The position numbers and the translations under genes were made by a program. Under the pieces are notes generated by a model. The model saw only the letters and a program-made list of their open reading frames with translations, did not search any database and was not told the DNA's origin. Of a stretch of 64,000 nucleotides of DNA, positions 29,743-39,417 are shown piece after piece. Every line of letters begins with the position of its first letter. Within the stretch, counting starts at the first letter, position 1. Source of the DNA: Gammaproteobacteria bacterium (GTDB taxonomy: Bacteria; Pseudomonadota; Gammaproteobacteria; Poriferisulfidales; GCA-002705445); contig JBJKYB010000002.1 in NCBI GenBank assembly GCA_045561235.1, positions 943,025 through 1,007,024 on the forward strand, written 5' to 3'.

Positions 29743-31029
29743 ATGTTTAACGAAGATATGACAATAAAGAGTTTTGATCCTGAACTATCAAAAGCAATAG
29801 AAGATGAAATTAAAAGACAAGAAGAACACATTGAGCTCATAGCATCTGAAAATTATGCGAGCCCAAGAGTGATAGAGGCTCAAGGCTCTGTACTTACTAA
29901 TAAGTATGCAGAAGGTTATCCTGGCAAAAGGTATTATGGCGGTTGTGAATATGTTGACGTCGCTGAACAATTAGCAATTGACCGTCTAAAAGAATTATAC
30001 GGTGCAGATTACGCAAATGTACAACCACACTCTGGTTCTCAAGCAAATGCTGCAGTTTTTATGGCTCTTCTTCAGCCACACGATACAATCTTAGGTATGA
30101 GTTTAGCACACGGTGGACATTTGACTCATGGTTCTAAAGTAAATTTCTCTGGAAAAATTTATAATGCTGTTCAGTATGGATTGAATCCAGATACTGGTGA
30201 AATTGATTATGATCAAGTTGAAGCACTAGCAAAAGAACATAAGCCAAAAATGATAATTGCTGGTTTTTCTGCATACTCTCGTGTTTTAGATTGGAAACGA
30301 TTCCGAGATATAGCTGATTCAATTGGGGCTTACTTTTTTGTAGATATGGCTCATGTTTCTGGATTAGTTGCTGGAGGAGTTTACCCAAGCCCAGTCCCTT
30401 ACGCTGATGTTGTTACTTCTACAACTCACAAAAGTTTAAGAGGACCAAGAGGTGGAATTATAATCTGTAAATCAAACCCTGAAATTGAAAAGAAGATTAA
30501 CTCGATGGTATTCCCTGGAACCCAAGGCGGCCCATTAATGCATGTAATTGCAGCAAAGGCAGTTGCTTTCAAAGAAGCATTACAGCCTGAATTTAAGCAA
30601 TATCAGCAACAGATTTTAAAAAATGCATCAGCAATGGCAGATCAATTTATTAAGAGAGGTTTTAAAGTTGTTTCGGGTGGAACAGATGACCACTTATTCC
30701 TTGTAGACTTTATTGAGAAAGGTATTACAGGAAAAGATGTCGATGCTGCCCTTGGCAGAGCAAATATTACTGTAAATAAGAACTCTGTCCCAAATGATCC
30801 GCAGTCTCCATTTGTAACTAGTGGAATTAGAGTCGGAACTCCTGCTCCTACAACTAGAGGCTTTAAAGAAGCTGAATGTATTGAGCTAACCAATTGGATG
30901 TGTGATGTTATAGAAAATCTTGACAACGAAGAAGTAATTAATGCTGTTAAACAAAAAGTTATCAAGCTTTGTAAAAAACATCCTGTTTATGCTAAGTCTG
31001 TTGCGCTTAACGCTGCGTCGGCTGCATAA
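29743..31029 (+). CDS. glyA: Serine hydroxymethyltransferase
   Basis: [24 protein letters not shown] and [12 protein letters not shown] (PLP lysine). Strong RBS GGAGTAGGAG. Noticeably higher GC than its neighbours. Confidence 0.97.
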   Translation: MFNEDMTIKSFDPELSKAIEDEIKRQEEHIELIASENYASPRVIEAQGSVLTNKYAEGYPGKRYYGGCEYVDVAEQLAIDRLKELYGADYANVQPHSGSQANAAVFMALLQPHDTILGMSLAHGGHLTHGSKVNFSGKIYNAVQYGLNPDTGEIDYDQVEALAKEHKPKMIIAGFSAYSRVLDWKRFRDIADSIGAYFFVDMAHVSGLVAGGVYPSPVPYADVVTSTTHKSLRGPRGGIIICKSNPEIEKKINSMVFPGTQGGPLMHVIAAKAVAFKEALQPEFKQYQQQILKNASAMADQFIKRGFKVVSGGTDDHLFLVDFIEKGITGKDVDAALGRANITVNKNSVPNDPQSPFVTSGIRVGTPAPTTRGFKEAECIELTNWMCDVIENLDNEEVINAVKQKVIKLCKKHPVYAKSVALNAASAA

Positions 31030-31046
31030 AATAATGAGTCTATTTG

Positions 31047-31568
31047 ATGCATTGCCCATTTTGCAATTTTCCTGACACTAAGGTAGTTGATTCGAGGCTT
31101 GCTTCAGATAACTCTCAGGTAAAAAGAAGAAGAGAGTGTCCTAATTGTAAAAACAGATGGTCTACAATGGAAACTGCAGACCTCAACCTCCCTAGAGTAA
31201 TCAAGAAAGATAATTCTAGGGAAGACTTTTCAGAAAAAAAAATAGAACTTGGTATCTTGAGAGCACTAAATAAAAGGTCTGTTGATAAAGGATCAATAGA
31301 TATAGCTATTCAAAATATAATTAATAAATTAAAAACAATAACAGATAAAGAAATAATTTCTTCACAAATTGGAGTTTTAGTGATGCAGGAACTTAGAGAA
31401 TTAGATCAAGTTGCTTATATTAGGTTTGCATCTGTTTACCATAGCTTCGAGGATCTTCAGGCATTTCAAGATATTATTAATATCATTGAAAAGGATTTAA
31501 CCCCTGAAATGATAAAGACCCAATTAAAACTGATTGATGAAGAAAACGTAGTTAACAAAAAAAAATGA
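31047..31568 (+). CDS. nrdR: Transcriptional repressor NrdR
   Basis: MHCPFC..CPNC zinc ribbon plus an ATP-cone. ATG 31047 is preferred over the track's TTG 31044. Confidence 0.93.
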   Translation: MHCPFCNFPDTKVVDSRLASDNSQVKRRRECPNCKNRWSTMETADLNLPRVIKKDNSREDFSEKKIELGILRALNKRSVDKGSIDIAIQNIINKLKTITDKEIISSQIGVLVMQELRELDQVAYIRFASVYHSFEDLQAFQDIINIIEKDLTPEMIKTQLKLIDEENVVNKKK

Positions 31569-32659
31569 AATCAGATAAACAGTTTATGGAGTTTGCTATA
31601 GAGTTAGCAAAAAAAGGCATTTATACAACATCTCCTAATCCATCTGTAGGATGTATAATTACTGAAAAAAATAAAATATTAAGCAAAGCATATCATTTGA
31701 GATCAGGATCTGATCACGCAGAAGTTTTAGCACTTAAAAAATTAAATAAAAGGGTTAATAGCAAAATGAATATGTACGTAAGTTTAGAACCATGTTGCCA
31801 TACTGGCAAAACAGGACCATGCACCAAATCCATCATAGACTCAGGAATAAAAAATGTCTTTGTATCAACCCTAGATCCAAATCCTAAAGTCAAAGGAAAA
31901 GGAGTCAAAGAATTAAGAAATAACGGAATTAATGTTAATGTTGGATTATGCAAAAAAAAATCCCAAGAAATTAATAAAGGATTTTTTAAAAGAATCATAA
32001 AAAAAACTCCTTATGTTATTGCCAAACAAGCGCTTAGCTCAGACTTCAAAATAAATGGTTCAAAAAATAAGTGGATAAGTAATAGTAAGTCAAGGACAGA
32101 TGTTCAATATTTCAGAGCAGAATCCTGCGCAATTTTAGTAAGTTCTAAAACAATTAAAACTGATAATCCTTCGTTAAAAGTAAAATTGAAAAAAAATGAT
32201 TTAGGCTTGAAAGATAATATTAAACATCCTGTAAGGATCGTATTAGATACTAATTTAAGTCTAGATTTAAATAAGTATAAATTTTTTAAAGGAAAAGAAA
32301 AAAAAATTGTGTTTAATTCATTGCTAAATTCTTCTGATAAAGAAAAAAATATAGATTTTATAAAAGTCAGAGAAGATAAAAGTGGCCTTAACATAAAAAC
32401 TGTCTTAAATATTCTTGCCTTGAAATATGAAATCAATAATCTATTCATTGAACCAGGAGCAAAGTTACTTGATACACTTTTGCAAAAAAGATTACTGGAC
32501 AAATTAGTGTTATATCAAAGCCCACATGCTATTGGAAATTTGGGTCTTACTACTCTCAATATGGAAAATAAGGTTATAAAAGATAAAACTATTGTTACAG
32601 AATCTATAATGAATTTTTCTAATGATGTTAGAATAATATATAAATTTTTGAGAAAATAA
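31565..32659 (+). CDS. ribD: Bifunctional riboflavin deaminase/reductase
   Basis: Deaminase zinc motifs HAEVLAL and PCCHTGKTGPC, plus a C-terminal reductase domain. Confidence 0.92.
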   Translation: MKSDKQFMEFAIELAKKGIYTTSPNPSVGCIITEKNKILSKAYHLRSGSDHAEVLALKKLNKRVNSKMNMYVSLEPCCHTGKTGPCTKSIIDSGIKNVFVSTLDPNPKVKGKGVKELRNNGINVNVGLCKKKSQEINKGFFKRIIKKTPYVIAKQALSSDFKINGSKNKWISNSKSRTDVQYFRAESCAILVSSKTIKTDNPSLKVKLKKNDLGLKDNIKHPVRIVLDTNLSLDLNKYKFFKGKEKKIVFNSLLNSSDKEKNIDFIKVREDKSGLNIKTVLNILALKYEINNLFIEPGAKLLDTLLQKRLLDKLVLYQSPHAIGNLGLTTLNMENKVIKDKTIVTESIMNFSNDVRIIYKFLRK

Positions 32660-33264
32660 TGTTTACAGGATTAGTACAAAAAATTGCTATTGTTGAATCT
32701 ATTAATAGTCATCATGGAGATTTGCAGGTTATTATAAAGTCAGACAATGACTTTATATCATCAGTGAGAAACGGCGATAGTATTTCCATAAACGGAGTGT
32801 GTTTAACTGCTTACAATGTAGATAAAGATAACAAATGCTTCTCTATAGACATTTCTAATGAAACGTTAGATTTAACAACACTCACCCAGATGAGTACAGG
32901 TTATAATGTTAATTTAGAAAGTGCCTTAAGTCTCAACGATAAGCTTGGTGGTCATATAGTTAGCGGACACGTTGATTGTATGGCACAAGTTTCAGAGATT
33001 CAGGAAGACGCAAGATCATATAGACTGAGTTTTGTACTAAATAATGAATATTATGCTAAATATATTGTGAAAAAAGGATCAATATGCGTTGATGGTGTGA
33101 GCTTGACAGTGAATGATGATATAAAAGATAGGTTTTTTGTAAATATCATTCCATTTACATGGGATAATACCATAATGAAATATTATAAAGTGGGCGACAT
33201 GGTAAATATTGAAATAGATAGAATGGCTCTACATATTGAAAAATTAATGCTTAACAATGATTGA
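32659..33264 (+). CDS. ribE: Riboflavin synthase (alpha chain)
   Basis: MFTGLV N-terminus and a duplicated lumazine-binding barrel (SISINGVCLT, SICVDGVSLT). Confidence 0.92.
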   Translation: MFTGLVQKIAIVESINSHHGDLQVIIKSDNDFISSVRNGDSISINGVCLTAYNVDKDNKCFSIDISNETLDLTTLTQMSTGYNVNLESALSLNDKLGGHIVSGHVDCMAQVSEIQEDARSYRLSFVLNNEYYAKYIVKKGSICVDGVSLTVNDDIKDRFFVNIIPFTWDNTIMKYYKVGDMVNIEIDRMALHIEKLMLNND

Positions 33265-33272
33265 GAGATACA

Positions 33273-34358
33273 ATGTTATCAAAAACTGAAGATATATTAA
33301 AAGACCTTAAAAAAGGAAAAATGGTTTTAATAGTTGATGATGAAGGACGTGAAAATGAAGGCGATTTTATAATGGCTGCATCAAAAGTTACGCCTGAAGA
33401 CATAAATTTTATGAGCAAATACGCCAGAGGTCTTATTTGTTTAACTCTTACAAGAGAAAGATGTAAGCAACTAAATTTACCTTTGATGAAAACAGATACT
33501 GATTCAAAACATGAAACTAATTTTACTATTTCTATAGAGGCTTCAGAGGGTGTAACCACTGGCATATCAGCATATGATAGAGCGCATACAATACGAACAG
33601 CGGTAATGCCTGATGCAACATCAAATGATATATCTAGACCAGGACATATATTTCCACTGATGTCACAACCAGGGGGTGTCCTAACAAGAGCAGGCCATAC
33701 TGAGGCTGGCTGTGACTTAGCAAGGCTTGCTGGATTTGAGCCCGCTTCTGTAATTGTAGAGATAATGAGTGATGATGGCTCAATGGCTAGGTTACCTGAA
33801 TTAAAAAAAATAGCAGAAGAGCATGATATAAAAATAGGAACAATTGAGGATTTAATTAAATACAGAACTAAGCACGAAAAAACCGTAATTAGAAAAAATG
33901 AGTCACCAATAAATACCGAATATGGCGAATTTAAATTAGTTTCATATGAGGATATTCTTTCAAATACAGCACATATAGCTCTTGTTAAAGGCGATCTAAA
34001 GAACAGCTCAACATTTGTAAGAGTTCATATTCAGAATACAATTAAAGATATTTTACATTCCTCACATCATTCAGGCTGGCCGTTAAAAAATGCTATGCAA
34101 AGAATTAATAAAGAGGGTAATGGCGTAATACTAATATTGAGATGGAATGAGTCCGTGAATGCCATAATTAATGATATTGATAAAATTAAATGTTCAGATG
34201 AGAATCTATCACAAGACTTTGATAGGAGAACTTTAGGCGTAGGTGGGCAGATTTTGTCAGATTTAGGTGTAACTAAAATGAAATTACTGAGTTCTCCAAA
34301 AACTTTTTATGGTCTTGGTGGTTATGGTTTAGAAATTGAGGAATATATTACGGAATAA
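33273..34358 (+). CDS. ribB: 3,4-dihydroxy-2-butanone-4-phosphate synthase fused to a degenerate GTP-cyclohydrolase-II-like domain (RibBX type)
   Basis: The RibB half is intact (DDEGRENEGDFIMAA, RAGHTEAG). The C-terminal half aligns with RibA, but VRVHIQNTIKDILHSSHHSGWPL replaces RVHSECLTGD..LRCDCG. ATG 33273 is preferred over TTG 33261. Confidence 0.85.
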   Translation: MLSKTEDILKDLKKGKMVLIVDDEGRENEGDFIMAASKVTPEDINFMSKYARGLICLTLTRERCKQLNLPLMKTDTDSKHETNFTISIEASEGVTTGISAYDRAHTIRTAVMPDATSNDISRPGHIFPLMSQPGGVLTRAGHTEAGCDLARLAGFEPASVIVEIMSDDGSMARLPELKKIAEEHDIKIGTIEDLIKYRTKHEKTVIRKNESPINTEYGEFKLVSYEDILSNTAHIALVKGDLKNSSTFVRVHIQNTIKDILHSSHHSGWPLKNAMQRINKEGNGVILILRWNESVNAIINDIDKIKCSDENLSQDFDRRTLGVGGQILSDLGVTKMKLLSSPKTFYGLGGYGLEIEEYITE

Positions 34359-34360
34359 TA

Positions 34361-34867
34361 ATGGATAAAGAAAAAATAAATGTCGTAGTTATTAAATCAG
34401 CCTTCAATTCCGAGATTGTAGACAATTTATATAGAGGTGTTGAAAAAAGTTTTAATGATAAAAAGTTATCCCATGTAATGGAAGTGATTGAAGTTCCTGG
34501 AGCTTATGAAATACCTTATATGGCTAATTTAGTTTTACATAGACCACTAAATTTTACTGATATTCCAGGATCAAAATATAGGGTTCCTGTTCTACCAGAC
34601 TGCATAATAACCTTAGGTTGTGTGATTAAGGGAGAAACAGCTCACTTTGAATATATATCTAATTCATGTGCAAGTACATTGTCGCAGTTAACACTTAAAA
34701 GTTCTGGTATTCCAATTATGTTTGGTGTAATTACTGCGTACACTAGAGAGCAAGCTTTAAAAAGATCTGAAGTCAATTTTGGTAGCCAAGAAAACTTAAA
34801 TATTGGATATAATGCAGCTAATGCAGCTATAGAAATATTATCGTCTAAAGAAAAACATCATTTATAA
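34361..34867 (+). CDS. ribH: 6,7-dimethyl-8-ribityllumazine synthase
   Basis: VPGAYEIP and GCVIKGETAHFEYI motifs; lies between ribB and nusB. Confidence 0.92.
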   Translation: MDKEKINVVVIKSAFNSEIVDNLYRGVEKSFNDKKLSHVMEVIEVPGAYEIPYMANLVLHRPLNFTDIPGSKYRVPVLPDCIITLGCVIKGETAHFEYISNSCASTLSQLTLKSSGIPIMFGVITAYTREQALKRSEVNFGSQENLNIGYNAANAAIEILSSKEKHHL

Positions 34868-34868
34868 A

Positions 34869-35291
34869 ATGAAAATTAATAATGCCATGCGCAGTAATAA
34901 TCGTAACATTTGGTCACGTAGATTAGCCGTTCAAGCAATTTATTCGTGGTCTATTAATAATTGTGATACTGACGAATTATATTCGATATTTAAAGAAGAT
35001 GAGAATTTTGAAAAATCAGATGTGGACTATTTTAAAAACATAATTGAAGGCGTAATAAATAATATATCTGATATTGATAAATTTATTTCTGATTCCTCAG
35101 AAATTGATATAAAAAATATTAATTATGTTGAGCTAAGTATTATTAGATGTTTTATATTTGAGTTTAATTATAATAATCAATTTCCAAATGAAGTTCTTTT
35201 AGCTGAGTCAGTAAAATTAGCAAGTAAATTTGGAGGACAGGATAGTTATAAATTTATTAATGCGCTTCTTGAAAAACACATAAAAAAATAA
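34869..35291 (+). CDS. nusB: Transcription antitermination factor NusB
   Basis: 140 aa. RRLAVQAIYSW N-terminus and the conserved ribH-nusB-thiL position. Confidence 0.88.
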   Translation: MKINNAMRSNNRNIWSRRLAVQAIYSWSINNCDTDELYSIFKEDENFEKSDVDYFKNIIEGVINNISDIDKFISDSSEIDIKNINYVELSIIRCFIFEFNYNNQFPNEVLLAESVKLASKFGGQDSYKFINALLEKHIKK

Positions 35292-35295
35292 TTAT

Positions 35296-36219
35296 ATGAA
35301 AATCAGCGAAAAAGATATTATTGATCTTGTGTCTAAAAATTATATTTTTAGGGAAGAGGTTGTGACTCCAATTGGTGAGGATGCAAGTGTAATTTTCCCT
35401 CAACAAGATAAGAATCTTGTTTTAACAACAGATACCATGGTTCTAAACACTCATTTTGGTGATGATATAAGCCCATATGAGCTTGGATATATCTCCGCAG
35501 TTTCAAATATTAGTGATTTATCTGCTATGGGAGCGATACCAGCATTTGCTTTAATAAATCTTACGATTGAAAAACCCGAACAATTATTTCTCAATGATAT
35601 CATTAAAGGCTACAACAAAGTTTTCAAAGATTTTCCTGTGGCTGTAATAGGCGGTGATACAACATATGGACCTACAAGTATAACTATGACACTTATAGGC
35701 TACTCCTCTAATACCAACTCAATGTTAACAAGCAGTGCAAAAGAAAACGACGTAATATTTATTTCTGGATTTATTGGTGAAAGCCTATTAGCTAGAAAAT
35801 ATAATAAATACCATATGCCGGAAAATAGGAATGAACTTGGGGTTATATTGACTGAATATGCTAACAGCTGCACAGACATGTCTGACGGATTACTTGATTC
35901 ACTAAAAAGAATTACAGAAAAAAGTAATTTAGGTGCAATTATTAAAATTAATGAAATAAAAATTAGTAGCGAACTTAATAATCAAATAAAAAATGGAAAT
36001 ATTTCTTGGCAAGATGTTCTTAGTTATGGAGATGATTATGAGCTTTTTTTTACAGTTGACCAAAAAAAATCTATAGCTTTAAAAAATCTTTGTAAAAATA
36101 TAGGCATAGAAATATACGAAATTGGATCATTAGCAAAAGATAAAAATATAAATTTTCAATATAATAATAAATATTTAAATATAGACGTAAATAAAAAATT
36201 TGAACACTTTAAAAAATGA
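35296..36219 (+). CDS. thiL: Thiamine-monophosphate kinase
   Basis: AIR-synthase-like fold (GEDASV, SNISDLSAMGA, GGDTT, DMSDGL). Confidence 0.88.
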   Translation: MKISEKDIIDLVSKNYIFREEVVTPIGEDASVIFPQQDKNLVLTTDTMVLNTHFGDDISPYELGYISAVSNISDLSAMGAIPAFALINLTIEKPEQLFLNDIIKGYNKVFKDFPVAVIGGDTTYGPTSITMTLIGYSSNTNSMLTSSAKENDVIFISGFIGESLLARKYNKYHMPENRNELGVILTEYANSCTDMSDGLLDSLKRITEKSNLGAIIKINEIKISSELNNQIKNGNISWQDVLSYGDDYELFFTVDQKKSIALKNLCKNIGIEIYEIGSLAKDKNINFQYNNKYLNIDVNKKFEHFKK

Positions 36220-36674
36220 CAAATATACTAGTTAAATTTTTAGTCACTGGATTTTACTCGGGAAAAATTAAATATATGCCCGGAACATTTGGAACACTTG
36301 TTGGCGTTTTAATTTTTCAACTCATCTCACTAAATAGCTTGCTAAATAATATTTTTTTATTATTAGTTCTATTTTTTTTATCTTTATTATTACTAAATTA
36401 TAGCTATAAAAAGTCAATTTTTTTAAATAAAGATGATAAGTCTATTGTTATTGATGAAATATTTGGTTATTTAATATTTATGATATTTTTTGAAAATAAT
36501 CCAACAAATCTACTTGTTGGTTTTATGCTTTTTAGATTTTTTGATATTCTTAAACCTTTTCCTATTTCTTTAATTGATAAGAATATTAAAAATAGCTTTG
36601 GCGTAATGTTTGATGACGTAATTGCTGCTTTATTTTCGGGAGTAGGTCTCTTTTTATTTAATTATGTTTATTAA
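36216..36674 (+). CDS. pgpA: Phosphatidylglycerophosphatase A
   Basis: GFYSGKIKYMPGTFGTLVG and IVIDEIFG motifs; follows thiL. Confidence 0.88.
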   Translation: MTNILVKFLVTGFYSGKIKYMPGTFGTLVGVLIFQLISLNSLLNNIFLLLVLFFLSLLLLNYSYKKSIFLNKDDKSIVIDEIFGYLIFMIFFENNPTNLLVGFMLFRFFDILKPFPISLIDKNIKNSFGVMFDDVIAALFSGVGLFLFNYVY

Positions 36675-37548
36675 TAATTATGTTCGAAAGTGGCTTTATT
36701 TTTCAGTTTTAGTTTTTTTATTTGGTAGTGCTTTTCTATTAATTGAAGTATCTCTGAAGACGTTTCCTCCTGCTTATATAGCCTTCTTTAGGGTTTCGAT
36801 AGCAGCATTTATATTGCACTTGTATACAAAATTTAATGGTTATTCTTATAATTTTTTTAAAGATAATTTTAAACTACTTTTTATTTTAGGTTTATCTGGA
36901 ACAACAATACCATTTTATTTAATAAGTTACGCACAAGTAACCATTAATAGTGGTGAAACAGGTATTCTTGTTGGGTTTATGCCAATTTTTACAATTATAG
37001 GCTCGCATTATTTTTTTAAGTTTGAGAAGCTTAATTTAAGGAAAGTCTTCGGTTTTATTATAGGCTTTATTGGTCTGTTTTTCTTACTAATTAATAATGA
37101 TAGTGGTATTAATTTTTATGATAATTTTTTTGCAAAACTTTTGGTAATATTAGCCGCTTTCTTTTATGCATTGAATGCTCTTCTTGTTAAAAAATTAAGC
37201 AATATTAATGTTATCCCACTTTCATCATGTGTAATGATATTATCATCTGTACAATTATTTTTTGTTTTAATTTTCTCATACAAAGCAAGTGGCGTAATTA
37301 ATATAGTATTTTATGATTCTGTTTCAGCATTATTATTTATGGCAGTATTTTCAACAGCAGCAGCAACAGTTATTTACTATAAAATTATACAAGATTATGG
37401 GCCAAGTTTTTTAAGCTTAGTTAACTACCCGATACCAATATTTGCTTTTTTTACTGGCGTTATTATTCTAGGAGAAAGCTTTAATTTTTATTCAATAATT
37501 TCATTATGTCTTGTAATTATTGGTATATATATATCTCAAAAAGAATAA
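36664..37548 (+). CDS. EamA/DMT-family transporter
   Basis: 294 aa, about 10 TM helices in two EamA-like halves. Confidence 0.75.
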   Translation: MFINNYVRKWLYFSVLVFLFGSAFLLIEVSLKTFPPAYIAFFRVSIAAFILHLYTKFNGYSYNFFKDNFKLLFILGLSGTTIPFYLISYAQVTINSGETGILVGFMPIFTIIGSHYFFKFEKLNLRKVFGFIIGFIGLFFLLINNDSGINFYDNFFAKLLVILAAFFYALNALLVKKLSNINVIPLSSCVMILSSVQLFFVLIFSYKASGVINIVFYDSVSALLFMAVFSTAAATVIYYKIIQDYGPSFLSLVNYPIPIFAFFTGVIILGESFNFYSIISLCLVIIGIYISQKE

Positions 37549-37549
37549 A

Positions 37550-38242
37550 TTATTGAAGTTTTATGAATACACTAAAATTTTTATTTGTAGCATTTAATAT
37601 CAAAGTATTAATATCATTTTCTTTTTTTATGTGTGCCATACCTTTGTAGATACCATCAGATACTCCACAAGAAGCAATTTCAAGATTAAGTTCATATATT
37701 TTCTTATTTAATTTTCTTGTGTGACCATAATAGTTACACTCATTCTTATCTTTCCCAGAAATAATATTTTTATTTATTTCAAGAAAATACATTTTATTTT
37801 CGCCATACGAAGCCCATTGCTTGTTGATAATTTCTCCTGCGTCTATTATTTTTTCATTTGCTCTAATTAGATATATATTTCCATAGTCTTTTGCAGGTTC
37901 TGTAATCCATTTCCCGCTCATAATATCACTTTGAATAATTTTCCCTGTTATTTTTGCAGTACCAAAATTATTTCCATCTTTTAAGTACATTAAAAGATCC
38001 CATTCAAAAGTATTATCTTTAAATTTTATATTTCCATTGTAAATAACTTTTGCTTTTTCGGTAAAAGCTGTAGCATTATTATTATCTATGAGACCTGTAA
38101 AATCATATTTTCCATGCCCATTGATATCAAATACGCCGATCCATATACCATTTTCGCTATTTGCAAAGGCTGTTGAAGATAGAAAAGTAATAATTATAAA
38201 ATTTATTATTTTAATTATTTTCACGACATAATTTTTAAACAT
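37550..38242 (-). CDS. Secreted hypothetical protein, no family recognised
   Basis: Signal peptide (..FLSSTAFA/NSE) and about 200 aa of beta-rich sequence with 2 Cys. No motif I recognise. Confidence 0.6.
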   Translation of the reverse strand: MFKNYVVKIIKIINFIIITFLSSTAFANSENGIWIGVFDINGHGKYDFTGLIDNNNATAFTEKAKVIYNGNIKFKDNTFEWDLLMYLKDGNNFGTAKITGKIIQSDIMSGKWITEPAKDYGNIYLIRANEKIIDAGEIINKQWASYGENKMYFLEINKNIISGKDKNECNYYGHTRKLNKKIYELNLEIASCGVSDGIYKGMAHIKKENDINTLILNATNKNFSVFIKLQ

Positions 38243-38278
38243 GAATTTTTAATAAATGTTAATATACTATTGTAATAG

Positions 38279-38306
38279 TTGACATACAATTGCTTTTGCC
38301 TAAGAT
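38279..38306 (+). promoter_or_regulatory. Candidate sigma70 promoter for tRNA-Ala (and possibly moaA)
   Basis: Consensus TTGACA (38279-38284), 16-nt spacer, TAAGAT (38301-38306). The tRNA 5' end is 10 nt further on. Confidence 0.45.
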
Positions 38307-38315
38307 CTTAATAAT

Positions 38316-38388
38316 GGGGCTATAGCTCAGTTGGTAGAGCATTTGCATGGCATGCAAAGGGTCGGCGGTTCGAGACCGCCTAGCTCCA
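38316..38388 (+). tRNA. tRNA-Ala (anticodon GGC), CCA not encoded
   Basis: Hand-folded. Acceptor GGGGCTA/TAGCTCC with the G3:U70 alanine identity pair, D-arm GCTC/GAGC, anticodon stem TTTGC/GCAAA, loop ATGGCAT, T-loop GGTTCGAGACC. Confidence 0.93.
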
Positions 38389-38403
38389 CATTTAAATACT
38401 GGT

Positions 38404-39417
38404 ATGATGAATATAACAGATAAATACGAAAGAAAGCTCAGAGATTTAAGAATATCTGTTACAGATAAATGTAACTTTAGATGTACATACTGTATGCCTA
38501 AAGAAATATATAATTCAAATTATAAATTTTTAAAAAGAACAGAAATTCTTAGTTTTGAAGAAATTATTAAATTATCAAATATTTTTTCTTCAATGGGTGT
38601 GAAAAAAATAAGGCTTACTGGTGGTGAACCTCTTTTAAGAAAAAATATCCACGTACTAATTAATTATCTTAAAGATATTAAAAATATTGATGATATAAGT
38701 ATGACTACAAATGGAGTTTTATTATCTGAAAAAAAGGCAGTATTATTAAAAGATTCAGGTTTAAATAGATTAACAGTTAGTCTTGATTCATTAGATCCTA
38801 ATAAATTTAGCACCATAAGTGGGAGCAAATATTCTCCAGAAAATGTTTTACAAGGAATAAATAATGCTCGAAAAGCTGGTTTTGATAATATTAAGATTAA
38901 TATGGTTATTAAAAAAAATGTAAACCATAAAGATATTATTCCTATGCTCGAGAAGTTTCAAGGAACCGGCTGCATTGTAAGATTTATTGAATTTATGGAT
39001 GTCGGAAATGTAAATTTATGGTCAAAAAAAGATGTTTTATCGCTCGATGATATCTTAAGTATTATTTCGGAAAAATATCATATAAATTCTTTAGAAAAAA
39101 ATTACTCAAGTGAGGTAGCTAAAAGATGGTCTTATGACGGTGGTGAGTTTGGTATTATTAGTTCTATTTCAAATCCATTTTGTGGTGATTGCTCAAGATT
39201 AAGATTAACAGCAGAAGGAAAAATTTTTACATGTTTATTTGCAAATAATTCTTATGATATAAAAAACCTATTAAGGACCTCTAAATCTGACTACGATATT
39301 AAGCAATTCTTAACAAATATGTGGACCAATCGGGATGACAAATATTCCGAAAATAGATTATCTAACAATAATTATAAAATTATAAAAAAAGCTGAAATGT
39401 CATATATAGGAGGTTAG
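38404..39417 (+). CDS. moaA: GTP 3',8-cyclase (radical SAM), molybdenum cofactor biosynthesis
   Basis: CNFRCTYCMP radical-SAM cluster and a C-terminal CGDCSRLRLT cluster. ATG 38404 is used because the track's 38347 start lies inside tRNA-Ala. Confidence 0.93.
   Translation: MMNITDKYERKLRDLRISVTDKCNFRCTYCMPKEIYNSNYKFLKRTEILSFEEIIKLSNIFSSMGVKKIRLTGGEPLLRKNIHVLINYLKDIKNIDDISMTTNGVLLSEKKAVLLKDSGLNRLTVSLDSLDPNKFSTISGSKYSPENVLQGINNARKAGFDNIKINMVIKKNVNHKDIIPMLEKFQGTGCIVRFIEFMDVGNVNLWSKKDVLSLDDILSIISEKYHINSLEKNYSSEVAKRWSYDGGEFGIISSISNPFCGDCSRLRLTAEGKIFTCLFANNSYDIKNLLRTSKSDYDIKQFLTNMWTNRDDKYSENRLSNNNYKIIKKAEMSYIGG

Noticed and set aside
31553-31568. A9 homopolymer at the nrdR/ribD junction (and similar A/T runs at 59331-59339 in fabF and 41655-41664 in moeA) as slippage or phase-variation sites.
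   Set aside because: They encode ordinary Lys/Phe runs, as expected at this AT content, in essential genes. No alternative frame yields a meaningful product.
38347-38403. N-terminal extension of moaA as given in the ORF track (MACKGSAVRDRLAPHLNTG..).
   Set aside because: These codons are the 3' half of tRNA-Ala(GGC). The conserved MoaA sequence begins at the ATG at 38404.
31030-38403. Expected riboswitches: FMN upstream of ribD/ribB, TPP near thiL, Moco upstream of moaA.
   Set aside because: There is no leader space. ribD overlaps nrdR, ribB starts 8 nt after ribE, thiL starts 4 nt after nusB, and moaA starts 15 nt after tRNA-Ala. None of the conserved riboswitch cores was visible.
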